Positions 12,674-23,164 of a DNA stretch of 32,000 nucleotides are shown piece by piece (within the stretch, counting starts at the first letter, position 1; every line of letters begins with the position of its first letter). Location: NCBI RefSeq assembly GCF_000195955.2, contig NC_000962.3, forward strand, positions 150,001 through 182,000. Reading direction: 5' to 3'. The stretch is from Mycobacterium tuberculosis H37Rv. Lineage in GTDB: Bacteria > Actinomycetota > Actinomycetes > Mycobacteriales > Mycobacteriaceae. The notes under the pieces are model-generated. The model saw only the letters and a list, made by a program, of their open reading frames with translations. It searched no databases and was not told the DNA's origin. Both the position numbers and the translations under genes were made by a program.

Positions 12674-13249
12674 CGCATCCACCGCCGGCTCGACGATGTT
12701 CCGGATCGGCTGGCCGTCCTCGACGGTCAGCGCGGTCAGTTCACGCAAACCGCCCAGCAAGATTACGGCCAGTGGCACATTCAGTGGCGGTAGGTTAGCC
12801 CGCCGGAACCCAGGGCTGGCGCTGAGCTCGATCAGCAGGCTGGTTAGCTGCTCCATGCCGCGGCGCTGGACGGGGTAAGCGGCGGCACCGAGCGACGGGA
12901 ATTCACGGATCCAACTCAACGTCACCGCCGGCCTGGATTCGATATGGGTGACGTAGGCCTCGACCGCCTGACGAATCTGGTCGTGCCAGTCGGCGTTTGG
13001 ATCGACGGCCGCCCGGATGCTGTTGCCCAACGTCTCGTTGTCCGCTAGCAGGAGTTCCAAAAAGCACTGTTCCTTGCTGGTGAACCGGTCGTAGAACGTG
13101 CGCTTGGATGTGCGGGCGTGCCGGACGATGTCGGAGACGGTGGTGGCGCGATAACCCCGCTCACCGATCGAGGCGACCAGGCCGTCGAGCAACCGTAGCC
13201 GAAACGAGTCGGTCTCGACGACCAACGCGCCGGCGGCGACTGCTGTCAC
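12644..13249 (-). CDS. TetR family transcriptional regulator
   Basis: 201 aa. N-terminal HTH GYRATTVSDIVRHARTSKRTFYDRFTSKEQCF. Divergent from cyp138. Matches Rv0135c. Confidence 0.92.
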   Translation of the reverse strand: MTAVAAGALVVETDSFRLRLLDGLVASIGERGYRATTVSDIVRHARTSKRTFYDRFTSKEQCFLELLLADNETLGNSIRAAVDPNADWHDQIRQAVEAYVTHIESRPAVTLSWIREFPSLGAAAYPVQRRGMEQLTSLLIELSASPGFRRANLPPLNVPLAVILLGGLRELTALTVEDGQPIRNIVEPAVDASIALLGPRS

Positions 13250-13279
13250 CCGCGCCTCCTCTACCTATCCCTTGTCAGG

Positions 13280-13330
13280 TTTGGTACCAAAGAGTACCGT
13301 ACTGGACAAGCCACGGTACACCACCGTACC
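13280..13330. promoter_or_regulatory. Cluster of GTAC-centred palindromes, candidate TetR operator region
   Basis: TTTGGTACCAAA (13280-13291), AGTAC-C-GTACT (13293-13303) and GGTAC-n6-GTACC (13315-13330), all in the Rv0135c/cyp138 divergent gap. Confidence 0.55.
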
Positions 13331-13365
13331 ACGCCCGATCCAGGGACGTTAGGAGCAACACCGCC

Positions 13366-14691
13366 ATGAGCGAAGTCGTCACCGCCGCACCGGCACCGCC
13401 CGTAGTCCGACTTCCCCCGGCGGTCCGCGGGCCGAAGTTGTTCCAGGGATTGGCCTTCGTGGTGTCACGGCGACGGCTGCTGGGGCGGTTCGTGCGTCGC
13501 TACGGCAAGGCCTTCACCGCCAATATCCTGATGTACGGCCGGGTCGTGGTGGTCGCCGACCCGCAGCTAGCCAGGCAGGTCTTCACCAGCAGTCCTGAGG
13601 AGCTGGGCAACATCCAGCCCAACCTGAGTCGGATGTTCGGTTCCGGCTCGGTGTTCGCGCTGGACGGCGACGACCACCGGCGGCGGCGCCGGCTACTGGC
13701 GCCGCCTTTCCACGGCAAGAGCATGAAGAACTACGAGACCATCATCGAAGAGGAGACCCTGCGCGAGACCGCCAATTGGCCGCAAGGACAGGCTTTCGCA
13801 ACGCTGCCGTCAATGATGCATATCACGCTCAACGCCATCCTGCGTGCGATCTTCGGGGCCGGCGGCAGTGAACTAGACGAGCTGCGCCGCCTCATTCCGC
13901 CGTGGGTCACGCTGGGCTCGCGCCTGGCGGCGCTACCGAAACCCAAACGCGACTATGGCCGCCTTAGCCCGTGGGGCCGGCTGGCCGAGTGGCGGCGCCA
14001 GTACGACACTGTCATCGACAAGCTCATCGAAGCCGAGCGGGCCGACCCGAACTTCGCCGATCGGACCGACGTATTGGCGTTGATGCTGCGCAGCACTTAC
14101 GACGACGGTTCCATCATGTCGCGCAAGGACATTGGCGACGAGCTGCTCACGCTGCTGGCCGCCGGGCACGAAACCACGGCGGCGACACTGGGCTGGGCGT
14201 TCGAGCGGCTCAGCCGGCACCCCGACGTGCTCGCGGCTCTGGTCGAGGAGGTCGACAACGGCGGTCACGAGCTGCGTCAAGCGGCGATCCTGGAGGTACA
14301 GCGGGCCAGGACCGTCATCGATTTTGCGGCTCGTCGCGTCAATCCACCCGTTTACCAGCTCGGCGAGTGGGTGATTCCCCGCGGGTATTCGATCATTATC
14401 AATATCGCCCAGATACATGGCGATCCCGACGTCTTCCCGCAGCCGGATCGCTTCGACCCGCAGCGCTACATCGGAAGTAAGCCATCCCCGTTTGCGTGGA
14501 TCCCTTTTGGTGGCGGGACCCGCCGCTGTGTCGGGGCCGCATTCGCCAACATGGAGATGGATGTGGTGCTGCGAACGGTGCTGCGCCACTTCACCCTCGA
14601 GACCACCACGGCCGCGGGCGAGCGCAGCCACGGTCGAGGAGTTGCATTCACCCCGAAGGATGGCGGTCGGGTGGTGATGCGCCGACGCTGA
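13366..14691 (+). CDS. cyp138: Cytochrome P450
   Basis: 441 aa from MSEVVTAAPAPP. I-helix AAGHETTAATL, ExxR (EVQR), heme loop PFGGGTRRCVGAAFA. Confidence 0.94.
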   Translation: MSEVVTAAPAPPVVRLPPAVRGPKLFQGLAFVVSRRRLLGRFVRRYGKAFTANILMYGRVVVVADPQLARQVFTSSPEELGNIQPNLSRMFGSGSVFALDGDDHRRRRRLLAPPFHGKSMKNYETIIEEETLRETANWPQGQAFATLPSMMHITLNAILRAIFGAGGSELDELRRLIPPWVTLGSRLAALPKPKRDYGRLSPWGRLAEWRRQYDTVIDKLIEAERADPNFADRTDVLALMLRSTYDDGSIMSRKDIGDELLTLLAAGHETTAATLGWAFERLSRHPDVLAALVEEVDNGGHELRQAAILEVQRARTVIDFAARRVNPPVYQLGEWVIPRGYSIIINIAQIHGDPDVFPQPDRFDPQRYIGSKPSPFAWIPFGGGTRRCVGAAFANMEMDVVLRTVLRHFTLETTTAAGERSHGRGVAFTPKDGGRVVMRRR

Positions 14692-14711
14692 CGGCCAGCT
14701 CGGGCCCGCGT

Positions 14712-15260
14712 TCAGGTCCCGAGTTCGGGTGAAAGGCTGGCCCGCAGTGCAGATTCGGCGGTCCGTCGGGGTAGCCTCCAGCCGGGCCGGACGAAGTGGC
14801 ACGTGTACCCGTTGGGGTAGCGCTGCAGGTAGTCCTGGTGCTCGGGTTCGGCTTCCCAGAAATCCCCGGCCGGGCTGACCTCGGTCACCACCTTGCCGGG
14901 CCACAGGCCGGATGCCTCGACATCGGCGATGGTGTCCAGCGCGATCCGCTTTTGCTGCTCATCGAAGTAGAAGATGGCCGACCGGTAGCTGGTCCCCCGG
15001 TCGTTACCTTGCCGGTCTTTGGTTGTCGGGTCGTGGATCTGGAAGAAGAATTCCAGCAGGGTGCGGTAATCGGTGACCGTGGGGTCGAAGATGATTTCGA
15101 CGGCTTCGGCGTGCGTGCCGTGGTTACGGTAGGTTGCGTTGGGGATGTTCCCGCCGCTGTAGCCCACCCGCGTGGAGACCACACCGGGCTGGTTGCGGAT
15201 CAGATCCTGCAGCCCCCAAAAGCAGCCGCCGGCGAGGATCGCTTTCTGATTGCTCGTCAT
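14712..15260 (-). CDS. msrA: Peptide methionine sulfoxide reductase A
   Basis: 182 aa. Catalytic [19 protein letters not shown] and [13 protein letters not shown]. Confidence 0.96.
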
Positions 15261-15322
15261 TTCCGGACCTCCCGATCAGGCTACACTCCGGCGATGGAGT
15301 GTAACGGCGCGAAGACCGCACT

Positions 15323-15826
15323 GTGAGCGCTTCGGAGTTCTCCCGTGCTGAACTCGCCGCCGCCTTCGAGAAGTTCGAGAAGACCGTGGCCCGCGCCGCC
15401 GCGACGCGCGACTGGGATTGCTGGGTGCAGCACTACACCCCCGACGTCGAATACATCGAGCACGCGGCGGGCATCATGCGAGGCCGCCAGCGGGTACGTG
15501 CCTGGATTCAAGAAACGATGACGACCTTCCCGGGCAGTCACATGGTGGCCTTCCCGTCGCTGTGGTCGGTGATCGACGAGTCCACCGGGCGAATTATCTG
15601 CGAATTGGACAACCCCATGCTCGACCCCGGCGACGGCAGCGTGATCAGCGCGACGAACATTTCGATCATCACCTATGCCGGCAATGGCCAGTGGTGCCGT
15701 CAAGAAGACATCTACAACCCGTTGCGGTTCCTGCGGGCGGCGATGAAGTGGTGTCGCAAGGCGCAGGAGTTGGGCACCCTCGACGAGGACGCGGCGCGTT
15801 GGATGCGCCGGCATGGAGGTCCTTAA
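15323..15826 (+). CDS. SnoaL-like / nuclear transport factor 2-fold protein
   Basis: 167 aa, GTG start. DCWVQHYTPDVEYIEHAAGIMRGRQRVRAWIQETM pattern. Matches Rv0138. Confidence 0.85.
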   Translation: MSASEFSRAELAAAFEKFEKTVARAAATRDWDCWVQHYTPDVEYIEHAAGIMRGRQRVRAWIQETMTTFPGSHMVAFPSLWSVIDESTGRIICELDNPMLDPGDGSVISATNISIITYAGNGQWCRQEDIYNPLRFLRAAMKWCRKAQELGTLDEDAARWMRRHGGP

Positions 15827-16849
15827 ATGAACGCACCCAAGCTGGTCATTGGCGCGAACGGCTTCCTGGGTTCGCACGTGACTCGCCAGCTCGTCGCCGA
15901 CTGCGCGCCGCAGAAAGGTGAGGTACGCGCGATGGTGCGACCCGCTGCCAACACCCGGAGCATCGACGATCTACCGCTCACCCGATTCCACGGCGACGTC
16001 TTCGACACCGCCACCGTGGCCGAGGCGATGGCCGGCTGCGACGACGTCTACTACTGTGTGGTCGACACCCGCGCCTGGTTGCGCGATCCCTCCCCGCTGT
16101 TTCGCACCAATGTGGCAGGCCTGCGCAACGTCCTCGATGTGGCCACAGACGCCAGCCTGCGCAGGTTCGTCTTCACCAGCAGTTATGCGACGGTGGGTCG
16201 TCGGCGTGGACACGTGGCGACCGAAGAAGACCGGGTGGATACCCGCAAGGTGACTCCTTACGTGCGGTCCCGGGTGGCGGCCGAGGATCTGGTGCTGCAA
16301 TACGCGCACGACGCAGGTCTGCCCGCCGTCGCGATGTGTGTGTCGACAACCTACGGCGGCGGCGACTGGGGCCGCACCCCACACGGCGCCTTCATCGCGG
16401 GCGCGGTGTTCGGCAGGCTGCCTTTCACGATGCGCGGCATCCGGCTGGAGGCGGTGGGTGTCGACGATGCTGCGAGGGCGCTGATCTTGGCGGCCGAACG
16501 CGGGCGCAACGGCGAACGGTACCTCATCTCCGAACGCATGATGCCGTTGCAAGAAGTGGTGCGGATCGCCGCGGATGAGGCCGGTGTCCCGCCGCCACGA
16601 TGGTCGATCTCGGTGCCGGTGCTTTACGCCCTGGGTGCGTTGGGCAGTTTGCGAGCCCGACTCACGGGCAAAGATACCGAACTCAGCCTGGCGTCGGTGC
16701 GCATGATGCGTTCCGAGGCCGATGTCGACCACGGCAAGGCCGTCCGCGAGTTGGGTTGGCAGCCACGTCCGGTGGAGGAGTCGATCCGGGAGGCCGCCCG
16801 GTTCTGGGCGGCGATGCGCACCGTCGGGAAGGACCCCGCGGCCTCGTGA
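15827..16849 (+). CDS. NAD(P)-dependent epimerase/dehydratase-like oxidoreductase (extended SDR)
   Basis: 340 aa. GANGFLGSHVTRQL Rossmann motif. Its ATG immediately follows the upstream TAA (15824-15826). Matches Rv0139. Confidence 0.9.
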   Translation: MNAPKLVIGANGFLGSHVTRQLVADCAPQKGEVRAMVRPAANTRSIDDLPLTRFHGDVFDTATVAEAMAGCDDVYYCVVDTRAWLRDPSPLFRTNVAGLRNVLDVATDASLRRFVFTSSYATVGRRRGHVATEEDRVDTRKVTPYVRSRVAAEDLVLQYAHDAGLPAVAMCVSTTYGGGDWGRTPHGAFIAGAVFGRLPFTMRGIRLEAVGVDDAARALILAAERGRNGERYLISERMMPLQEVVRIAADEAGVPPPRWSISVPVLYALGALGSLRARLTGKDTELSLASVRMMRSEADVDHGKAVRELGWQPRPVEESIREAARFWAAMRTVGKDPAAS

Positions 16850-16909
16850 TCCGAAAAGGCCTAGGGACGCTGCCGGGAATGTTGATCGCCGGCACGTGTT
16901 GCACAGGTC

Positions 16910-17290
16910 ATGAGCAACCGGATTGTGTTAGAACCCAGCGCCGATCACCCGATCACCATCGAGCCGACCAACCGACGGGTGCAGGTACGCGTCAATGGCG
17001 AGGTGGTCGCGGACACGGCCGCGGCGCTGTGCTTGCAGGAAGCCAGTTACCCTGCAGTGCAATATATTCCGTTGGCCGACGTGGTACAGGATAGGCTGAT
17101 CCGCACCGAGACCAGCACCTATTGCCCGTTCAAGGGTGAAGCCAGCTATTACAGCGTGACTACCGACGCCGGCGACATCGTCGACGACGTGATGTGGACG
17201 TACGAAAACCCTTATCCGGCGGTAGCGGCGATCGCGGGGCATGTCGCGTGCTATCCGGACAAAGCCGAAATCAGCATCTTCCCGGGGTAG
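16910..17290 (+). CDS. DUF427 domain protein
   Basis: 126 aa. RVQVRVNGEVVADT...YYSV...DIVWTYENPYPA pattern typical of DUF427. Matches Rv0140. Confidence 0.85.
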   Translation: MSNRIVLEPSADHPITIEPTNRRVQVRVNGEVVADTAAALCLQEASYPAVQYIPLADVVQDRLIRTETSTYCPFKGEASYYSVTTDAGDIVDDVMWTYENPYPAVAAIAGHVACYPDKAEISIFPG

Positions 17291-17681
17291 CGCAGGCTAC
17301 CGGGTATACCTCGGCCAACGACTGGGTGTCGCTGTATTCGCGCAGCGAGATGATCATCCCGTCACGGGTCTCGAAGATGCAGACGAACGGGCTGTCATAT
17401 CGGGTCCGGTCGGCGCTCACACCGTCGCAATGCCCCTCGACCACTACCGTTTCACCCTCGTTGACGCAGCGGATGAGTTCGATGTTGACCTCGAAGACCT
17501 GCTTGCGCCGCTCGACTGCTCGCCGAAACGTCTTCTTGTCCAATTCCGTACGGGTGACGATGCTCCAGTAGGTGAAGTCGTTGCTGAGCAGCGCGAAGCC
17601 TTCGTCGAGATCTCCGCCCTCGCAGAGGCTTTGCAGGAACATCCAGGCCAGTTCGGCTTGCGGGTCGTCGAACGGCGTCAT
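17271..17681 (-). CDS. SnoaL/NTF2-like hypothetical protein
   Basis: 136 aa from MTPFDDPQAELAWMFL. Convergent with the upstream gene, overlapping its 3' end by 20 bp. Matches Rv0141c. Confidence 0.82.
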   Translation of the reverse strand: MTPFDDPQAELAWMFLQSLCEGGDLDEGFALLSNDFTYWSIVTRTELDKKTFRRAVERRKQVFEVNIELIRCVNEGETVVVEGHCDGVSADRTRYDSPFVCIFETRDGMIISLREYSDTQSLAEVYPVACATPGRC

Positions 17682-17710
17682 CACATCGCCATCTTGTCTC
17701 GGGAGACAGC

Positions 17711-18637
17711 GTGCGGTCAATTGACGTGGTCGTCGAAGCGGTGGTCACCTTCGCGGGGGCGGCCGGCTTCGCGCACACCTTGGCGCCGTTGCGTCGCGGT
17801 CAGCAGGATCCATGCTTTCGGGTCCCCGGTGACGGCACTATCTGGCGGACCAGCTTGCTGCCCACCGGGCCGGTCACCGCGCGGATCAGCCGTGCTGGGC
17901 GCGACGCCGCCCGTTGCGTGGCGTGGGGCAGCGGTGCCGAGGAGTTTGTCGACATGGCGCCCGCCATGCTGGGCGCCGCCGACGACGCCAGCGATTTCGT
18001 GCCGCTGCATCCGGCCGTGGCCGCCGCGCACCGCCGGCTGCCGAACTTGCGCCTGGGCCGCACCGGCCAGGTGCTGGAAGCCTTGATCCCGGCGGTCATC
18101 GAGCAGCGGGTACCCGGCGCCGACGCGTTTCGGTCGTGGCGGCTGTTGGTGTCCAAGTACGGAACGCAGGCCCCCGGTCCGGCGCCACCCGGCATGCGGG
18201 TGCCGCCGTCGGCCGAGGTGTGGCGTCACATCCCGTCCTGGGAGTTTCATCGCGCCAATGTCGACCCGGGGCGGGCTCGCGCGGTGGTGGGTTGCGCGCA
18301 GCGGGCGGCGTCGCTGGAGCGGCTGGTGTCGCTGCCCGCGGCTCGGGCGGCGGAGGCGCTGACATCGTTGCCTGGAGTCGGGGTATGGACCGCGGCCGAG
18401 ACCACACAACGCGTGTTCGGTGACGCCGACGCCGTGTCGGTCGGCGACTACCACATTCCGAAGATGATCGGCTGGACGCTTGTGGGCCGGCCGGTCGACG
18501 ACGCCGGCATGCTCGAGCTGCTGGAGCCGATGCGCCCGCATCGCCACCGGGTGGTCCGCTTGCTCGAAGCCAGCGGCTTGGCGCGTGAGCCGCGCCGCGG
18601 GCCCCGGCTGCCGGTACAGAACATCCGGGCGCTGTAG
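17711..18637 (+). CDS. Conserved protein with HhH-GPD DNA glycosylase-like C-terminal half
   Basis: 308 aa, GTG start. TSLPGVGVWTAAETTQRVFGDADAVSVGDYHI resembles HhH-GPD. Matches Rv0142. Confidence 0.8.
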   Translation: MRSIDVVVEAVVTFAGAAGFAHTLAPLRRGQQDPCFRVPGDGTIWRTSLLPTGPVTARISRAGRDAARCVAWGSGAEEFVDMAPAMLGAADDASDFVPLHPAVAAAHRRLPNLRLGRTGQVLEALIPAVIEQRVPGADAFRSWRLLVSKYGTQAPGPAPPGMRVPPSAEVWRHIPSWEFHRANVDPGRARAVVGCAQRAASLERLVSLPAARAAEALTSLPGVGVWTAAETTQRVFGDADAVSVGDYHIPKMIGWTLVGRPVDDAGMLELLEPMRPHRHRVVRLLEASGLAREPRRGPRLPVQNIRAL

Positions 18638-18703
18638 GGGAGTTTGACGGGGATCTTGCTCGGTCCGGCGCCCCGATTCCCGCCAGATCGGCTGCCGGCG
18701 CCG

Positions 18704-20182
18704 CTAAGCCGTTGTCGGCCGATCACTGCCTCCGCGTTCGGCCTCGGCGGTCTGCCGGTTCAGTCGCTGCGTCTCGTAGATGGTGACGTTGGTGCGAGAC
18801 AACAACAGTGCCGCGATACCGACGGCGATGATCGCTCCAGGCACCACCGAGAACGAGCCGGTCATCTCAGCGACCATGATCATGACGGCCAGCGGCGCGC
18901 GGGAGACACTGCCGAAGCACGCCATCATTGCGACCACGACGAAGATGCCCGGCTCGTGGGGCACCCCGGGCAGCTCGGTGAGCTCGCCTAGCCGCCAGAT
19001 CGCCGCTCCGACGAAGGCGCCGATCACGATTCCCGGCCCGAATAGCCCGCCTGATCCGCCGGTGCCGATCGACAGCGACGTCGCGAGGATCTTGGCGATC
19101 GGCAAGACGATGACGATCCACAACGGGATGCTCAGCAGCGTCCCCCGATCGGCGGCTAGCTGCGCCCAGCCATAGCCGCTGCTCAGGATCTGGGGAATCG
19201 GCAGACCTAACAGCCCGACCAGCAGTCCGCCGATCGCCGGTTTGAGCACCGGGCCCCCGGGCAGCCGGCGCGTAATTGCCACCGACGCGTGAAAGACTCG
19301 GGCATACAAGTAGCCTACGGCGGCTGCGATCAGCCCGATCACCACGAACCACAGTAGTGGCCACGCCTTTTCGAAGCGATACTCGGCGTCGATGTAGCCG
19401 AACAGCGGGTCGAAGCCCAAGAAGGCGCCGAGCACGGCGTAGGCGGTTCCCGAGGCGATGAAACCCGGCAGCAGGTTGCGGTAGTCGAAGTCGTCGCGGT
19501 AGGGGATCGAGGCGCCCAACGCCGCTCCGCCCAGTGGCGCAGCGAAGATGGCGCCGATGCCGGCGCCGATACCCAGCGCTACCGCGGTCCGGCCGTCTTC
19601 GTTGGACAGGTTCAGCCGGCGGGTCAGCAGTGAGCAGAAGCCGGCCGAGATCTGCGCGGTCGGGCCTTCGCGGCCGCCTGAACCGCCCGAGCCGATGGTC
19701 AAGGCGCTGGCCACCATCTTCACCAGCACCGCCCGACCTCGGATGGCGCGCGGATCGCCGTGCACCGACTCGATCGCTTCGTCGGTGCCGTGACCGGTGG
19801 CCTCCGGGGCGAGCTTGGCCACGATCAATGCCGACAGCACCGCCCCGCCCGTCGTCACCAGCGGAATCGCCCACGGACGCGCGAAACCGGTGGACCCGCG
19901 GTGGCCGCCCTCCCCAACGGGAGTGGGAATCTGATAGTCCGCGAGGTAGCCGAGCAGAAACTCGCTGGTGTATTTCAGCGCGAGGTAGAAGACGACGGCG
20001 CCCAGGCCGGCAATGACACCGATCGTGATGCCTAGCAGGAACCATTTGCGCAGGTAGCCCGCGCTCCTGATCGATACGCCGAATCGTCCGCCGGCGGCCT
20101 CGTTCCCGATGTCTTCCGCCTCCGGCATGGTCGGGAGGTTAGCAGCATGCCAAGCGAACACCGACCAGTCGCCCGGCGCCAT
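18704..20182 (-). CDS. CLC-family chloride channel/transporter
   Basis: 492 aa polytopic protein. GSGGSGGREGPTAQIS and GTGGSGGLFGPGIVIG signature. Matches Rv0143c. Confidence 0.92.
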   Translation of the reverse strand: MAPGDWSVFAWHAANLPTMPEAEDIGNEAAGGRFGVSIRSAGYLRKWFLLGITIGVIAGLGAVVFYLALKYTSEFLLGYLADYQIPTPVGEGGHRGSTGFARPWAIPLVTTGGAVLSALIVAKLAPEATGHGTDEAIESVHGDPRAIRGRAVLVKMVASALTIGSGGSGGREGPTAQISAGFCSLLTRRLNLSNEDGRTAVALGIGAGIGAIFAAPLGGAALGASIPYRDDFDYRNLLPGFIASGTAYAVLGAFLGFDPLFGYIDAEYRFEKAWPLLWFVVIGLIAAAVGYLYARVFHASVAITRRLPGGPVLKPAIGGLLVGLLGLPIPQILSSGYGWAQLAADRGTLLSIPLWIVIVLPIAKILATSLSIGTGGSGGLFGPGIVIGAFVGAAIWRLGELTELPGVPHEPGIFVVVAMMACFGSVSRAPLAVMIMVAEMTGSFSVVPGAIIAVGIAALLLSRTNVTIYETQRLNRQTAEAERGGSDRPTTA

Positions 20183-20283
20183 CCCAGAGTTGGCCAGCGC
20201 TATCCGACGATCAGCAGCGCAACCATGGCCCAGGTCTGGACGTACGCGATCACCGCCGCTGTGCGGCGAGGAGATCCGAAACG

Positions 20284-21126
20284 GTGCCGCACTCTTGGAC
20301 CCCGACCTCTGTCATGACGCCGCCGCTCGTCGTGGCCGCGTTCAGGCCGGTCGGCCATTACCGACTCGCAACGGACAGAGCCGGTGGGCCCTGCTCGCCC
20401 CCGGCGACCGGAGCCAAGCTGACAAGTTCCGTAGCATCCCGCCCAACGGTAGGTACCAAGCCGCAGTGGTGGCACACTTTAGTGATGTCAATGTCGCTCA
20501 CGGCCGGTCGCGGCCCGGGACGTCCCCCGGCGGCGAAAGCAGATGAGACTCGGAAGCGTATTCTGCACGCCGCCCGTCAAGTGTTCAGCGAACGTGGTTA
20601 TGACGGCGCGACTTTTCAGGAGATCGCCGTCCGCGCCGACCTGACCCGACCGGCGATCAACCACTACTTCGCCAACAAGCGGGTGCTCTACCAAGAGGTG
20701 GTGGAGCAAACCCACGAACTCGTCATTGTGGCCGGCATCGAACGGGCACGCCGCGAGCCGACCTTGATGGGGCGGCTGGCGGTCGTCGTTGACTTCGCGA
20801 TGGAGGCCGATGCCCAGTATCCCGCCTCGACCGCGTTCCTGGCCACCACCGTGCTCGAATCCCAGCGGCATCCAGAATTGAGTCGGACCGAAAACGATGC
20901 GGTGCGAGCAACCCGAGAATTCCTGGTTTGGGCTGTCAATGATGCGATCGAACGCGGTGAACTAGCCGCCGACGTCGATGTCTCTTCGTTGGCCGAGACG
21001 CTGTTGGTCGTGTTGTGTGGCGTGGGCTTCTATATCGGTTTTGTCGGGAGCTATCAGCGGATGGCGACCATCACCGATTCGTTCCAGCAGCTGTTGGCCG
21101 GCACGCTCTGGCGGCCTCCGACCTGA
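20284..21126 (+). CDS. TetR family transcriptional regulator
   Basis: 280 aa. ETRKRILHAARQVFSERGYDGATFQEIAVRADLTRPAINHYFANK. The N-terminal 67 aa look atypical (see findings). Matches Rv0144. Confidence 0.9.
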   Translation: MPHSWTPTSVMTPPLVVAAFRPVGHYRLATDRAGGPCSPPATGAKLTSSVASRPTVGTKPQWWHTLVMSMSLTAGRGPGRPPAAKADETRKRILHAARQVFSERGYDGATFQEIAVRADLTRPAINHYFANKRVLYQEVVEQTHELVIVAGIERARREPTLMGRLAVVVDFAMEADAQYPASTAFLATTVLESQRHPELSRTENDAVRATREFLVWAVNDAIERGELAADVDVSSLAETLLVVLCGVGFYIGFVGSYQRMATITDSFQQLLAGTLWRPPT

Positions 21127-21183
21127 CCGAGACCTAACCGGCGGCCCCGAAGCGTAGTGATGTGCCACACAAATCGTATAGGT

Positions 21184-21202
21184 TACCTAACTTACTTAGG
21201 TA
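21184..21202. promoter_or_regulatory. Inverted repeat TACCTAA-cttac-TTAGGTA, candidate operator upstream of Rv0145
   Basis: Perfect 7-bp arms in the Rv0144-Rv0145 intergenic region, 12 bp upstream of the GTG at 21215. Confidence 0.5.
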
Positions 21203-21214
21203 GCATGGCATGCC

Positions 21215-22168
21215 GTGACCGAACTCGACGACGTGTCCTCGTTACCATCCTCGCGACGGACCGCTGGCGATACCTGGGCGATCACCGAAAGCGTTGGCGC
21301 CACCGCGTTGGGGGTCGCGGCGGCACGTGCCGTGGAAACGGCCGCGACCAATCCGCTGATCCGTGACGAGTTCGCCAAGGTGTTGGTGTCGTCGGCGGGT
21401 ACCGCCTGGGCACGGCTGGCCGACGCCGATTTGGCCTGGCTCGACGGTGATCAGCTCGGCCGACGCGTGCATCGGGTTGCCTGCGACTACCAGGCGGTGC
21501 GCACCCACTTCTTCGACGAGTACTTCGGTGCCGCCGTCGACGCAGGTGTCCGGCAGGTGGTGATCCTCGCTGCCGGACTGGACGCTCGGGCCTACCGCCT
21601 GAACTGGCCGGCGGGCACTGTGGTTTACGAGATCGACCAGCCTTCGGTGTTGGAGTACAAGGCGGGGATTCTTCAATCGCATGGCGCGGTTCCAACGGCG
21701 AGACGGCATGCCGTCGCGGTGGACCTGCGCGACGACTGGCCGGCCGCGCTGATAGCTGCCGGATTCGATGGCACCCAACCGACTGCCTGGCTAGCCGAGG
21801 GCTTGCTACCCTACCTGCCCGGCGACGCCGCGGACCGGCTATTCGACATGGTCACCGCGCTCAGCGCACCGGGCAGCCAGGTCGCTGTCGAGGCTTTCAC
21901 CATGAACACAAAGGGCAACACGCAGCGCTGGAATCGGATGCGCGAGCGACTCGGTTTAGACATCGATGTCCAGGCGTTGACCTACCACGAGCCCGACCGG
22001 TCGGATGCCGCGCAATGGCTGGCCACGCATGGCTGGCAGGTGCACAGCGTGAGCAATCGCGAGGAGATGGCCCGACTGGGCCGGGCGATCCCGCAAGACC
22101 TGGTCGACGAGACCGTCCGCACCACGTTGCTGCGAGGGCGTCTGGTCACACCCGCTCAACCGGCGTGA
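21215..22168 (+). CDS. SAM-dependent methyltransferase (leucine carboxyl methyltransferase-like family)
   Basis: 317 aa. [39 protein letters not shown]. Matches Rv0145. Confidence 0.92.
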
Positions 22169-23143
<975 letters not shown>

Positions 23144-23164
23144 CGAGCGCATCCGACTGACCTT

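Noticed and set aside
18640-18700. GGCGCC repeats between Rv0142 and the CLC gene as a bidirectional terminator
   Set aside because: Only 6-bp self-complementary blocks with no T-tract; expected by chance at this GC content.
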